A stretch of DNA of 64,000 nt from Squalus acanthias (lineage: Eukaryota). The stretch spans positions 868,001 to 932,000 of the forward strand of contig JASTWF010000114.1 in assembly GCA_030390025.1 (NCBI GenBank). Reading direction: 5' to 3'. Positions 51,571 through 64,000 of this stretch are shown here, piece by piece. Each line of letters opens with the position of its first letter. The stretch's first letter is position 1. The notes below the pieces were generated by a model. The model had not been told where the DNA came from. It saw only the letters and a program-made list of their open reading frames with translations, and did no database searches. The translations under genes and the position numbers were made by a program.

Positions 51571-51687
51571 TTCCACTGGAGAAGCGCCAACAGCCACCGT
51601 CCAAATTTCCGACTGAACCGTGCGCTGTTCCTGTAAACTCCGGGACCTGGTCCGGTTACAGTGTCTGCAAACCCGAGACTCCAGGTC

Positions 51688-51710
51688 TATTTATTACCCG
51701 GTATGCAAAT
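51688..51710 (-). promoter_or_regulatory. Ig promoter: octamer plus TATA-like box
   Basis: ATTTGCAT on the coding strand (51703-51710, light-chain orientation) followed by TAATAAATA, about 135 bp upstream of the ATG. Confidence 0.88.
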
Positions 51711-52792
51711 GGTTGGGAGGGGCCAGGAAAAGAAAGGAGGCAGATTTTAAATCCCGGACTTTTATTTAAATCTATTTTTGCCTGACTAAATTATTACAAT
51801 CTCAAACTTTTAATATACAAATGTTTAATCTCCAATTGGAGTTTCTGTTAAGGTAAGTTTCCAAGGTTTCAAAGATTTTTGCGTTTAATGAATATTTAGT
51901 CTGTGTTCTACCCCAGAAAAATGAGGGGCGGATTGTAGAGATACGGTTCAACTGATGCACTTCGGCCGGAATCGATCTGTTAACGCGCTGTTCCTCTCTG
52001 ATATATTGCATCAGATTTTAAAATTAACTGTTCCCCTAAGATATATATTTCATAATAGACTGACGTCCCTTTCTCTAAATCAGCAGCAAGACAACTCTGG
52101 ATTTGTCAATCACTTTAAAATTGGGGTTTAAATTGACAAATATGATTTGGGCTTCAGTCTGTAAATACAATTCCGATGAAAATATTCCTGAGGCGGAGTA
52201 AAAAGCTAATTAGATGAATGAGAAAGAGGGGAAGTAAGTGGCATTTTACAGCCTGCCCCGGATTAAAAAGAAGTTGTTCCATTATACTCTGAGTCACCCC
52301 CTTTAAAACTCAGGAGGACAAATAAAACTCGCCACAATATTTTAAAACTGACAACTTGCCTTTAATTTGCTGCGGGTCCGATTAATGCGCGCAGTTCCCG
52401 TTTTAAAGCCTGTTCCAGTTGAATTATTAAGCGGCGGTGTCAGTTGTTTCTGGGTCTCTGTGATGTTGAACACTTCCCCTGTTTGGAGTCAATCCCTAAC
52501 TCGCCACTCTGAGTCTTGATTCATGTTTTTAAAAGTCAGACTGAAATTGGTTGTAGTCAGTTACATGAGGGCGAAAGAAAAATGTAATAAATTGTTAATA
52601 AACGCTTTGGCTGGAGATATTAGCGTGAATGCAATAATAAATTTTGTGTAATAAATATCTGAATTGTTTGTCTGTAAAGTTAGGTATACCCCTGTTCCTT
52701 AGAACGGAGGGATTCTCGCCCCCTGGAGTAGCCAGCACTGAATTCGGGCAGTGATTGGCTCTCACCTGGACATGGGGCTTTTCCGTGAAGCC

Positions 52793-55700
52793 CAGGTGCT
52801 TGGTTCTGTTTCTGCGCTTGAACTGATTACTGATTCCTCTGGTCTGTTAGAATTATTAAAGCGGCGTTGGTGCTTGAATGGAGCTGCTCTCTCAACTCTG
52901 CACAGGGACCAAGAGCTTTGTTACTGTTGACACCGACACGGTTGACTGGAGAACCAATCATTTCAGAGCACTGGCCGCACCGCGCAATGCACCTTAGGAA
53001 CTGTAGTTCCACATTGGGTAATAGCCAAGATCAACGTGTCTATTGACACTACTGTGTCAGCTCTATCTCACCATCACCTCTCTCAACACCTCCACTCTCT
53101 GAATTGTCACACTGCTTGTCCGACATCCAGTACTGAATATGCAGAAATGTCATCCAACTAAATATTGGAATTACCAAAGCCATTGCCTTTGGTCCCCGCC
53201 ACAAATTACGGTCGCTCACCACTGACTCCATCCGTCTCCCTGGTAAATCTCTGAGGCTGAACCAGACAGTTCGCAAACTTGATGTCATATCTGACCCCGA
53301 GATGAGCTTCCGACCACATATCCACGCCTTCAATAAAACAGCGTATTTCCACCTCCATAACATCGCACGGCTCCTCCCCGCCTCAGCTCACCTGCTGCTG
53401 AAAGCCTCAACCATGCCTTTCTTACCTCTAGACCTGACTATTCCAATGCACTCTTGGGACTCCTCCCACTTTCTACACTCCGTAAACTTGAGCTCATTCA
53501 AAACTCTGCTGCCCGTGTCTGAACTCGCACCAAATCTCGTTCACTCAACACCCCAGTGCTCGCTGACCTACATTGGCTCCCGGATAAGCAACTTCTCGAT
53601 TTAAAAAAATCTGCTCTTTGTTTTCAAATCCCTCCATGGCCTCGCCCCCCACCCTAGCTCGGTAACCTCCTCCAGCCCTCCTCTGCACTCCTCCGATTCT
53701 CCCCGATTTTAATTGCTCCACCATTGGCTGCCGTTTTCAGTTGCCAAGGCACTACACTCTGGAATTACCTCCCTAAACGTCTCCGCTTCTCTACATGCCT
53801 TTACCCTTTTAAGACACTCCTTAAAACCATCCTCCTTGACAAGCTATTGTTCAGGTGCTTTGTTCTGTTTCTGCGCTTGAACTGATCCCTGATTCCTCCG
53901 GTCTGTTAAAATTATTAAAGGGGTGTTGGTGTTGTGACTGGAGATGCTCTCGCAATCATGCACAGAGACCAAGAGCTTTGTCACTGCTGATACCGACACG
54001 GCTGCCTGGAGAACCAATTATTGCGCAGCACTATACACACCGCGCACTGCACCTTGGGAACTGTAGTTCCACATATAATGCAACAGTTATATATTTCTTT
54101 CTGGCGCAAAAACACTTAAGGAAAAGCGGCTAACAAAAGAAATGAAGGATAGTATTAGATCCAAAGAGGATTCATATAACGTTGCCAGAAAAAGTAGCAA
54201 GCCTGAGGATTAGGAGCAGTTCAGAATTCACCCAAAAAGGACCAAGAGATTGATTAAGAGGGGAAAATAGAGCATGAGAGTAAACGTGCAAGGAACATAA
54301 AGGCGCACTGTACAAGCTTCGACAAATATGTAAAAAGAAAAAAGATTTGTGAATACAAATGTAGGTCACTTACAGTCAGAAACCGCAGAATTAATAATGG
54401 GGAACAAGGAAAGGTTTGAGTAATTATACATATACTTTGGTTCTATCTTCACGAAAGAGGGCACAAATAACTTCCCCGAAATGCTAGGGAACCAAGGGTC
54501 TAGAGAGAAGGAGGAATTAAAGGAAGTTAGTATTAGTAAAAAAATAGTGCTGGAGAAATTAATTTAACTGAAAGCCGCTAAATTCCCACGGCCGGATAAT
54601 TTGCATACCAGAGTACTAACAGAGGTAGCCATGGAAACAGTGGATGCATTGTTTGTCATCTTCCAAAATTCTATCGATTATGGAACAATTCCTGCAGATT
54701 GGAGGGTGGCAAACGTAACCCCACTATTTAAAAAAGGAGGGAGAGTGAAAACAGGGAACTACAGGCCGGTTAGCCTAACATCAGTAGTAGGGAAATTGCT
54801 AGAGTCTATTGTAAAGGATGTGATAACAGGACACTTAGAAAATATCAATGGGATTAGACAAAGTCAACATGGATGTATGAAAGGGAAATCGTGCTGGAGA
54901 TTTTTGAGGATGTAACTGGTAGAATAGAAAAGGGAGAACCACTGGATGTGGTTTATTTGTATTTTCAGAAGGCCTTTGATAAAGTCCCACATAAGAGCTA
55001 ATGTGTGCAATATTAAAGCACATGGGATTGGGGGTAACATACTGGCATGGATAGAAAATTGGTTAACAGACAGGAAACAGAGAGAAGGAATAAATGGGTA
55101 TTTTTCGGTGTAGCAGGCGGTGACCAGTGGGGTACCGTAGAGCTCAATGCTTGGGCCCCAGCTATTCACAATATATATCAATGATTTCGATGAGGGAACC
55201 AAATGTAATATTTCCCAGTTTGCTGACGACACGAAACTAGGTGAGATTGTGAGTTCTGAGGAGAAAGCAAAGAGGCTTCAAGGCGATTTAGACAAGAGTA
55301 TTATTTAAATGGTGATAGATTGGGAAATGTTGATGTACAGAGGGACCTGGGTATCCTTGTACACCAGTCACTGAAAGCAAACATGGAGGTGCAGCAAGCA
55401 GTTAGGAAGGCAAATGGTATGTTGGCTTTCATTGCAAGAGGATTTGATTAAAGGAGCAAGGATGTCTTACTACGGTTATACTGGGCCTTGGTGGAATCAC
55501 ACCTGGAGTACTGTATGTAGTTTTGGTTCCTTGACTAAGAAAGTATAAACTTGCCATAGAGGGAGTGCAGCGAAGGTTCAGCAGACTGATTCCTGGGATG
55601 GCAGGACTGTCCTATGAGGAGAGATTGTGTTGCCTAGGCCTGTATTCACTAGAGTTTAGAAGAATGAGAGGAAATCTCGTGGACACGTATACAATTCTGA

Positions 55701-57050
55701 CAGGGCTAGACAGACAGAATGCAGGCAGGATGTTACCCATTGCTGGGTGGGTGGATCTAGAGCTAGGTGTCACAGTCTCAAGATACGGGGTAGGACATTT
55801 AGGACTGAGATGAGGAGAAATTTCTTCACTCAGAGGGTGGTGAACCTGTGGAATTCTCTACCACAGACAGCTGTGGAGGCCAAGTCACTAAATATATTTA
55901 AGAAGGAGATAGATAGATTTCTAGACACAAAAGGCATCAAGGGGTATGGCGAGATAGCGGTAATATTGTATTGAGATAGAAGATCAGCCATGATCATATT
56001 GAATGGCGGAGCAGGCTCGAAGGGCTGAATATCCCACTCCTGCTCCTATTTTTCTATGTTTCTATGATTCTATGGCCAATAGCCAAGTCAGAACGTCTGT
56101 TGACACCACTGTGTCAGATCTACCTCACCATCACCTCTCTCGACCCATCAACTATCTTTAAATTGTCACACTGCTTGTCCAACATCCAGCACTAGATGAG
56201 CAGAAATTTACACCAATTAAATATTGGGAAGACCCAAGCCACTGTCTTTGGAACCCGCCACATATTCCGCTCCCTCGCCATGGACTCCATCCCTCTCGCT
56301 GGCAGAACCAGACTGCTCATAGTCTTGTTTCCATATCTGACCCTGAGATGATCTTCCGAACACATATCTGCACCATAACTAAGACTGCGTATGTCCACCT
56401 CCGTAACAGCACCCATCTCCGCTCTTGCCTCAGCTCATCTGCTGCTGAAACCATCATCCGTGCCTTTGTGACCTCAATACTTGAATATTCAAATCACTCC
56501 TGGCCGGAATACCACTTTCTACACTCTGTAACCTTGAGGTCATCCAAAACTCGGCTGCCCGTGTCCTAATTTGCACCAATACTTGATCAATGATCACCCT
56601 TCTGCTCGCTGAACTGCATTGGCTTACGGTTATGCAAACCTCGATTTAAAATTTCTCATCCTTGTTTTCAAATTTCTCCATGGCCTCACTATCTCTGTAA
56701 TTTCCTCCAGCCCCACAACCCTCCGAGATATCTGCGCTCCTCCAATTCTGGCCTATAGAACATTCCCAATTATAATCTCTCAACTATTGCCGGCTGTGCT
56801 TTCAGATGCCTGTGCCCTAAGCTCTGGAATTCCCTGCCTAAACCTCTCCACCGCCCTATCTGTCTCTCCTTCTCTTACAAGCTCCTTTAAACATACCTTC
56901 TTGACCAAGCTTTTGGTTATCTGCCCTAATATATCGTTAGTTCTTACGTGGCTTGGAATCAATTTTTCTGTGCAAACGCACTTGTGAAGCACCTTGCAAC
57001 ATTTACTACAGTAAAAGCGCTATATAAATACCACTTGTTGTTGTTGTTGT
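52793..57050 (+). repeat. Old tandem duplication (about 220-bp unique segment plus an L2-like fragment); copy 2 split by a CR1
   Basis: 52793-53013 matches 53852-54073; 53018-53850 matches 56075-56930. Confidence 0.85.
54130..56072 (+). mobile_element. 5'-truncated degenerate CR1 LINE
   Basis: NYRPVSLTSVVGK and RRNFFTQRVVNLWNSLP ORFs; CTATG tail. Confidence 0.9.
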
Positions 57051-58044
57051 TGTTGGAGGTGGGTCGGGACTTAAGGCAGGACTCACAGCAAACAAACTAT
57101 TTTACAGCAAACAAATTCTATTTGCTGAGCAAACAGAGTCTATTTAAACAGCGCTGTACAGCAAACAGTCTACAGAGTCTATTTAAAAGAGTCTGTTCGA
57201 ACTACAGCAAACAGAACTCATGACCCAAACTACAGAAACTCTCTCTCTCTGTCTCTCTCTTTCTCTCTCTCTCTGTTTCTCTCTCTTTCTCTTTCTCTCT
57301 TTTAGCTCAGCGAACATGCACAGGAAGTACAATGAGACATAGTTTACAATTTTGTTTTGATATTGTGATTTACACATATCTAAAACCACAATCATGATTC
57401 CAGAAACAAAAATTGGAGAATAAGCATCATTCAATCAAGAATGTTCGGGACAACAATTTTTTCAATTAAATGCAAGCAATGGTTACACACAAAACCATCA
57501 TGAACTAATAGAAAGGTGTGTTTCGGCCATCAGGTAATGAATGCTAACCATATCCATTGAATGTAAACCTCCCTTTACAACCGCCAGTGATGCTAACTAA
57601 CACATTTCAGAAGGAAAGATCTCTGAAAATTTCTCCTCAACTCCCTTTCACCATCAAGCAAGCTCCAGCAGAACATGGTTACCAACAATTCCAGTTATAC
57701 TTAATATACTTTCGACTTACTGCAATGTGTCATTCCTGGATATTTATTAAATTGTGGAATAGAATAGATTTCTGCAACACTTTCTATTGCACAAGATGTA
57801 GGTTGTCTCTAAACACAATCCTACAGATACCGATAGGCATTAATTTATTGTGGATTGAATTTTATTCACAAGAACAATTTTTAGTAAACTTCTCCCAGGT
57901 ATCATCGGAGGGGTTCAGGCCTTCCCAAGTATGGCCAGGTGTTCATAGGTTAAGTAGTGGATTTTCTGTCCTCGTATGGCCTTGTGGTTGATATCTCTGT
58001 TCGGGGAGTGTTCAATTCAGCAGTTACAGAATATAACTATCTGT

Positions 58045-58435
58045 CCTGCTCGCCTCTGAGTCAGAAGGTTGTGGTTTCAAGTCCCACTCCAAAGGCTTCA
58101 GCACATAATCCAGGCTGATAACCCAGTGCCAGTACTGAGGAAGCGCCGCAGTGTCGGAGGTGCCGTCTTTTGGATTAGATGTTAAATCGAGCCACCGTCT
58201 TAATTTTCGTGTGGATGTAAAGTATGCCACGGCTCTATTTCAAAGAAGAGCTGAGGTTCACCTGGTTAAAATTTATCACTCAACCTACATCACTAAAACA
58301 GATTATCTGGAAAATATAACGTTGCTGTTTATGAGAGCTTGCTGTGCGCAATATGGCTGCAGCGTTTCCTACATTACAACTGCGACTGCACTTTAAAAGT
58401 ACTGCCTCGTCTCTAAGCGTGTTGGGACATCCTGA
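58045..58435 (+). mobile_element. Deu-domain SINE (SacSINE1-like), degenerate
   Basis: B-box-like GTTTCAAGTCC, GGTGCCGTCTTT.GGAT central domain and TTTCCTACATTACAAC tail; paralogous to 60307-60775. Confidence 0.75.
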
Positions 58436-58929
58436 AATCTGGACTGGGAGTTGGGCCCACAAACTTCCAAATCAAGAGTCGAGAGTGCTAGCAACTGCGC
58501 AACTGCTAACACCTGAACAAGAAGTGGTTTACTTATCCTATTTCAGTGTGAAACACTATTGCACTCTGGGGAAGAACACGGTTTCCAAATCTTTTATTTC
58601 AGAAATATAACGGGCGTGAACAAAACCTCTCAAGAAATAAGCAAAATTAATGTACCGTAATCAATCAGTCCCATTTACTTAATTAGCCTCAGGTAAAAGG
58701 GTCAGAATGGTGGGGCCTGGTTTTAATATGCACTGAATGGAAACTCGGGACACAGTGCGCCTAGCGGCCAATATAAATATCCACAAAAATCAAGAACTTC
58801 TTTGAGGGACCTGCTGGCCAATTAGGAGGAGGATGTTTGAACACATATCTATCATATCAAGCATCAGCAATCCTCTTCTCATTCAAAAAATCATGACGGG
58901 ATCAAATTACAAAATAACAATTGATCAAT

Positions 58930-60290
58930 TCCAGGGATGAGGGTCTTCAGTTACATGGATGGACTGGAGAAGCTAGGGTTGTTCTCCTTAAAGCAGAGAA
59001 GGTTGAGAGTAGATTTTTATAGAGGTATTCAAAATCATGAGGGGTCCAGACAGCGTAGATGGAGGGAAACTGTTCCCATTGGCGGAAGGATCGAGAAGCA
59101 GAGGACACAGATTTAGGTGATTTGCAAAAGAAGCAAAGCGACATAAGGAAAATGATTTTTATGCAGCGAGTGGTTAGGATCTGGAATGCATTGCTTGAAA
59201 GTGTGTTGGAGGCAGACTCATTCATGGCTTTCGAAAAGGAGTTGGATAAGTTCCTGAAGAAAAAAACTACGGGTAAAGGGCGGGGGTGGGACTAGCTGAC
59301 GTGCTCTTGCAGAGAGCCGGCACGGGCTCGATCGGCCGTATGGCCTCCTTCTGTGCTGTAACCATTCTATGATCCTATGATTCTAAACTTCTAATGCATT
59401 ATTCTATTTTAGGAAAAAAAAAAAATTTGCTTGCGGGAAGTTTACAACAAACTGGCCACTAACTGGTGCTACAGTCATAGTCATAGAGTCATACGGCACA
59501 GAAGGGGGCCATTCGGCCCATCGAGTCATGCCGGCTCTCTGAAGAGCAATCCCGTCAGTCCCATACCCCTGCTCTATCCCGTAGCTGTGCAAGTTTATTT
59601 CCCTGAATTGCCTATCCAGTCTCCCCTTGAAAGCATTGAGTGTCTCCACTTCCACCACTTCCGTCGGCAGCGAATTCCAGGTCCTCACCACTCGCTGTGT
59701 AAAACAATTTTTCCTCACATCCCCCTGTATCTCTTGCCTAAAATCTTAAATCTGTGTCCCCTAGTCCTTGTACCATCAACTAGTGGGAACAGTCTTTCCC
59801 CTTCTAGCCTATACAGTGCCACCAGTCAAGGCAAAAAGTGCAGGAAAATACGAGACCAGATCCTCCTTGTTGTTTAATGTTAATTGTACACTGCCATCTT
59901 ACTGATACACTGGATTATCTTTATAATATGCCAAGCGGTGTTTGAAAAAGCAATACCTTCTACGTAAATACTGGCGAGCGCAAAGCGATAGGAACATAGG
60001 AACAGGACGAAGCCGTTCAATGAGATCACGCCTGATCTGTATCTTAACTCCATCTACCCGCCCTGGTTCCTTAACACTTAATACCATTACCCAACAAAAT
60101 TCTATCAATCTCAATTTTGAAATTTTCAATTGACCCGCAGACTCAACGCTTTTTGGGAGAGAGAGTTCCAGATTTCCACTGCACTTTTTGTGACGAAGTG
60201 CTTCCTGACATCACCCCTGAACGGGCTGACTCTAATTTAAGATTATGCCCCCTTGTTCTGGACTCCCGCCACCAGAAGAAATATTTTCTC
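58930..60290. mobile_element. Three CR1 3' fragments (58930-59385 on +, 59475-59810 on -, 59985-60290 on -)
   Basis: QRVVRIWNAL and FTQRVVRTWNSLP remnants and CR1 tails. Another minus-strand fragment lies at 63720-64000. Confidence 0.75.
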
Positions 60291-60306
60291 TCGATCGAAA
60301 AGGAGT

Positions 60307-60775
60307 CAGCTGTGGCCGAGTTGCGCGCGCCCTCGCTTTTGAGTCTGAAGCTTGTAGGTTCAAATCCCACTCCAGAGACTTGAGCCCAAAAATCTGGGCT
60401 GACATTCCAGTGCAGTGTTGAGGCAGCGCTACACTGTCAGAGCTGCCGTCTTTCAGATGAGGCATTAAACTGAGGCCCTGTCTGCCCTATTAGGTTAACG
60501 CAAAAGATGCAATGACAATATTTCAAGGAAATGCAGGGGTGATCACGCTGGAGTCCTGGCCAATATCTATCCCTCATCCAGCATCACTAAAAAACATACG
60601 ATCTGGTCATTATCACATTGGTCTTTGTGGGAGCTTGCTGCGTGGAAATTGTCTGCTGCGTTTCCTACATTACAACAGTGACTACACTTCAAAAAGTACG
60701 TCAATGGCTGTAAAGCGCTTTGGGACGTCCAGTATTGGTGAAAGGCGCTATATAAATGGAAGTCTTTCTATTTTC
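60307..60775 (+). mobile_element. tRNA-headed Deu-domain SINE (SacSINE1-like)
   Basis: A box TGGCCGAGTTG, B box GGTTCAAATCC, Deu-like core and L2-type tail. A tail-only copy lies at about 49897-50010. Confidence 0.8.
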
Positions 60776-61479
60776 TATCAACTTTAATATTCTTAAACAC
60801 CTTAGTTTGAGATAGTTTAGGTATTTGTTGAGAGTCTCTGTGGCTTTACATTGCAAGTTCAATTGCTGTTTCCTCCTGCATTGGATTCTTTCGTAAATCT
60901 GACGGATCCCATTCGAGGTCACGTATCTTTCCTGCGTTCTTTTTTGTTGACATTTTCAATGCAGCAAAATGCAACGATGCGTAGAGTCTGGTCCCGCGGG
61001 CCATCCCGAGCCTGAAAAACATGTTAAAACAGGGAAATATATAGATATTTAAATCGAGTTTATATCAGCTTACTCGTTCTGCATAAGACACGGATCTGGT
61101 TTACTGTTTATAGGCAAGAGTAGACGGATAATAACGATAAATAATCTCAAATTCGAAACAAACAAGATTCATTTTAAAATCAAAGTATCCATTCAAACAA
61201 ATGCACTGTTTGATTGGTTGACACGTCCACCCAATCCAATCAACCGTTTCATCATACGCCAGCTGCCAGGAGAAGTGTTTCCAGGGTTAAGGGGCAAAGT
61301 TCCGAACAATGGACTCAGGTCATTGGTTTAAGAGAATGGAAACCGGTGATATGGCGCCTCTACCGGCAAGCGAAGAGTCTGCGTGTGCCTGGGAACTCAA
61401 TGAAAAAGCTGTTTGCCAGTTCGGAGGGACAAGCTCGCTGCTTAGTGACGTAGACAGATAGCAACATCTTCTCGTTATA

Positions 61480-62060
61480 GCACACATAAATGTGCACATA
61501 CAAAAACACATACACACATACACGCACATACATACACACATACATACACACAAACACATACACACATACACACAAACACCTACACACATAAACATACGCC
61601 TAGAAGGACAAGGGCAGCAGGCGCTTGGGAACACCACCACCTCCAAGTTCCCCTCCAAGTCACACATCATCCTGACGTGGAAATATATCGGCTGTTCCTT
61701 CATTGTCGCGATGTCAAAATCCTGGGACTCCTTCTCTAACATCACTGTGGGAGAACCTTCACCACACCGACTGCAGCAGTTCAAGAAGACGGCTCACCAC
61801 AACCTTCTCAAGGGCAACTAGGGATGGACAATAAATCCTTGTCTTGCCAGCGACGCCCACATCCCCTGAATAAAGAAAAATACTCACACCCACACACAGA
61901 CGCACACATATACACACAGACATACTCACACATACATACACACGTATATATATACACACATACAGACACACACAGCCGCGCATACAAACACACACACAGA
62001 CACGCACAAATATAAACACAGACTCACCCAAATATAAACACTGACATACACACGCACATA
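61480..62060. repeat. Imperfect (CA)n tracts flanking a LINE-tail fragment (61595-61875)
   Basis: CA/TA-rich runs; fragment homologous to 25450-25720. Confidence 0.85.
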
Positions 62061-64000
62061 AATGCATGCTTAAGTCTTGCATATCGACTTAGAATGGAAA
62101 CCATTTAGGAACATAGTTTGAGTTATCTTCACAATTATCCAGGATTGTCGTCGCATTTCTGCATCTCTACAATAATTCCTGTGGCTAAAGTATTAAAATC
62201 AATCACCCCACAGGGGGCCGGGGCGGGGGGTCCTCGACTCCCTGTAGAGATAATAAAAATACTTTAAAATCTGGGTATCTGAAATACAAACAAAAACTGT
62301 TGGAATTACACTGCGGATGAATGTCTGTCGAAATTATGCCCGAAACATAAACTGATGATTTCTATCAGTAGATGCCAGTGCGGTTGATGGATTCGCTCTG
62401 TTTCCATTCGGAGCGATAACGGGGATTGGATAGAAATTAAGATGACGTAGATCGCGGTCTGCTTTCTGTTCACGGGGCGAGGTATTCCTTTGAAGCTAAA
62501 ACTGTACACGAACAAAATATGAAACAAGCATTAATTCTGGTGAATCCTTGGTCACGTGCCATAAATATTGAGAATAGAATTGTGGGATGGTCTTTGAATC
62601 AATCTTAAAAGTACGTGGAAAATATAAAAAATATGCAATTGAAATCGGTGTTGGGTTGACTAGTTTCGACACAATTCTTGAAAACTACCACAATAAGTGT
62701 TTGAGGCCTCACCATGTTCAACCGCACACAGAAGAGAGTTGTCACCCAAGGTAGAGTCAACTGAACAGAGAGCAGATTCGAGTACATTGAGCTCATTTAC
62801 AGCCCCCCCTTCCATGTGACACCGCGTCCTGTTTATCTGCATTGCCCGGTGTTTGCACAGGAGTAATTGATCAAATTCTGACCCTCAATATCATTAATTA
62901 AATATCTACTCCCTTCACCACCGGCTCACCGTGGCTTCTCCGACAGCAGTTCCCAAACCCGCGACCTCCACCGCTTAGAAGGACAAGGAGAGCAGACGCA
63001 AAGGGAATACCACCACCTCCAAGTTCCGCCATCAAGTCACACATACCGACCTGACTTGGACAAATATCGGCCGTTCCTTCATCGTCACTGAGTCAAAATC
63101 CTGGAACTCCCTCCCTAACAGCACTATGGGAGCACCTTCACCTCACGGACTGCAGCGGTTCAAGTACGAAGTCCACCACCACCTTCTCAAGGACAATTAA
63201 GGGTGGGCAATAAATGCCGGCCTTGCCAGCGATGCCCACATCCCAAGAACGAATAAAAATAAACGACCAGGTACTTATTTTGTTCTAAAGGTAAAGAAAA
63301 GTGTGTTTAGATCAAATTCTTATAAACTTTTCACCCACTATCCCTCGTTTTCATTCCTCTAAGGATTTTCCCAGTGCAGATTATCGGACATTTGTTCTGT
63401 CGGGCACCTGCTGAATTTCCTCTGATCAGTATTTCCGGTGAAATCGCAAGCCAGCTCTTTCTGGAATACCTTTACAGTCCAATAGCAATAGCGACCATAA
63501 GACATCCTTATTCAGGATGCTGGTAACAAATTGCAGCCAGGGTTCAATGTCCTTCCTTTATTCGGTGTATGAAAACATTTCCGTGTCGTGACTACGTTTG
63601 GATTACATTCTGAACTTCTGGCTTTCACCTCCCAATCCCGTGAACATCACCCCCTAGAAGGAAAGTGCAGCAGGTGAATGGGAACATCATCACCTCCAAG
63701 TTTCACTCCAATTCACACACACAGAATCATAGAATCATAGATTGTTTGCGGCACAGAAGGTGGCCATTCGGCTCATCGAGCCCGTGTCGGCTCTCTGCAA
63801 GAGCATTTCAGCTAGTCCCACTCGCTCACACTTTCCCCGTAGCCCTGGATTAATTTCCCTTCAGATACTTATCCAAATCCCTTTTGAAAGCTACGATTGA
63901 GTCTGCTTCCACCACCCTTTCAGGCAGTGCATTCCAGATCCTAAACAATTGCTACGTTAAAAAGTTTTTCCTCATGTCGCCTTTGGTTCTTCTGCCAATC

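Noticed and set aside
61205-61460. Promoter-like patch with CCAAT boxes, TGACG and TAGCAAC (MHC SXY-like)
   Set aside because: Order and spacing do not fit an SXY module, and no linked gene is visible.
62306-63620. Possible minus-strand exons (a 48-nt AG/GT-bounded segment near 62713-62760 and a weakly DED-like frame near 63410-63560)
   Set aside because: No recognisable protein, several stops, and splice-like sites of this quality occur by chance.

Overview
Eukaryotic, repeat-dense window that looks like cartilaginous-fish (shark) genomic DNA. The evidence is shark-type CR1 LINEs, a Deu-domain SINE, a GPR139-like receptor and a type I/NS5 immunoglobulin light chain. Most of the sequence is nested CR1 LINE debris, including two young copies with long RT ORFs. 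Other mobile elements are L2-like LINE pieces, SINEs, Penelope-like elements with hammerhead motifs, a MITE and a near-complete Gypsy LTR element (26453-30921). Host-derived content is a decayed tRNA gene cluster (8.3-11.3 kb, three members with introns, including tRNA-Pro), a 51-bp minisatellite followed by a GPR139-like GPCR pseudogene, and, after a 500-N gap, a germline-joined V-J Ig light-chain pseudogene with octamer promoter, leader, VJ and C exons. The most unusual signal is in the Gypsy element: it has no tRNA primer site, and the sequence in that position is complementary to its own LTR poly(A)-signal region. Family assignments come from recalled motifs and consensus sequences, not database searches. 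Repeat boundaries are approximate unless stated.
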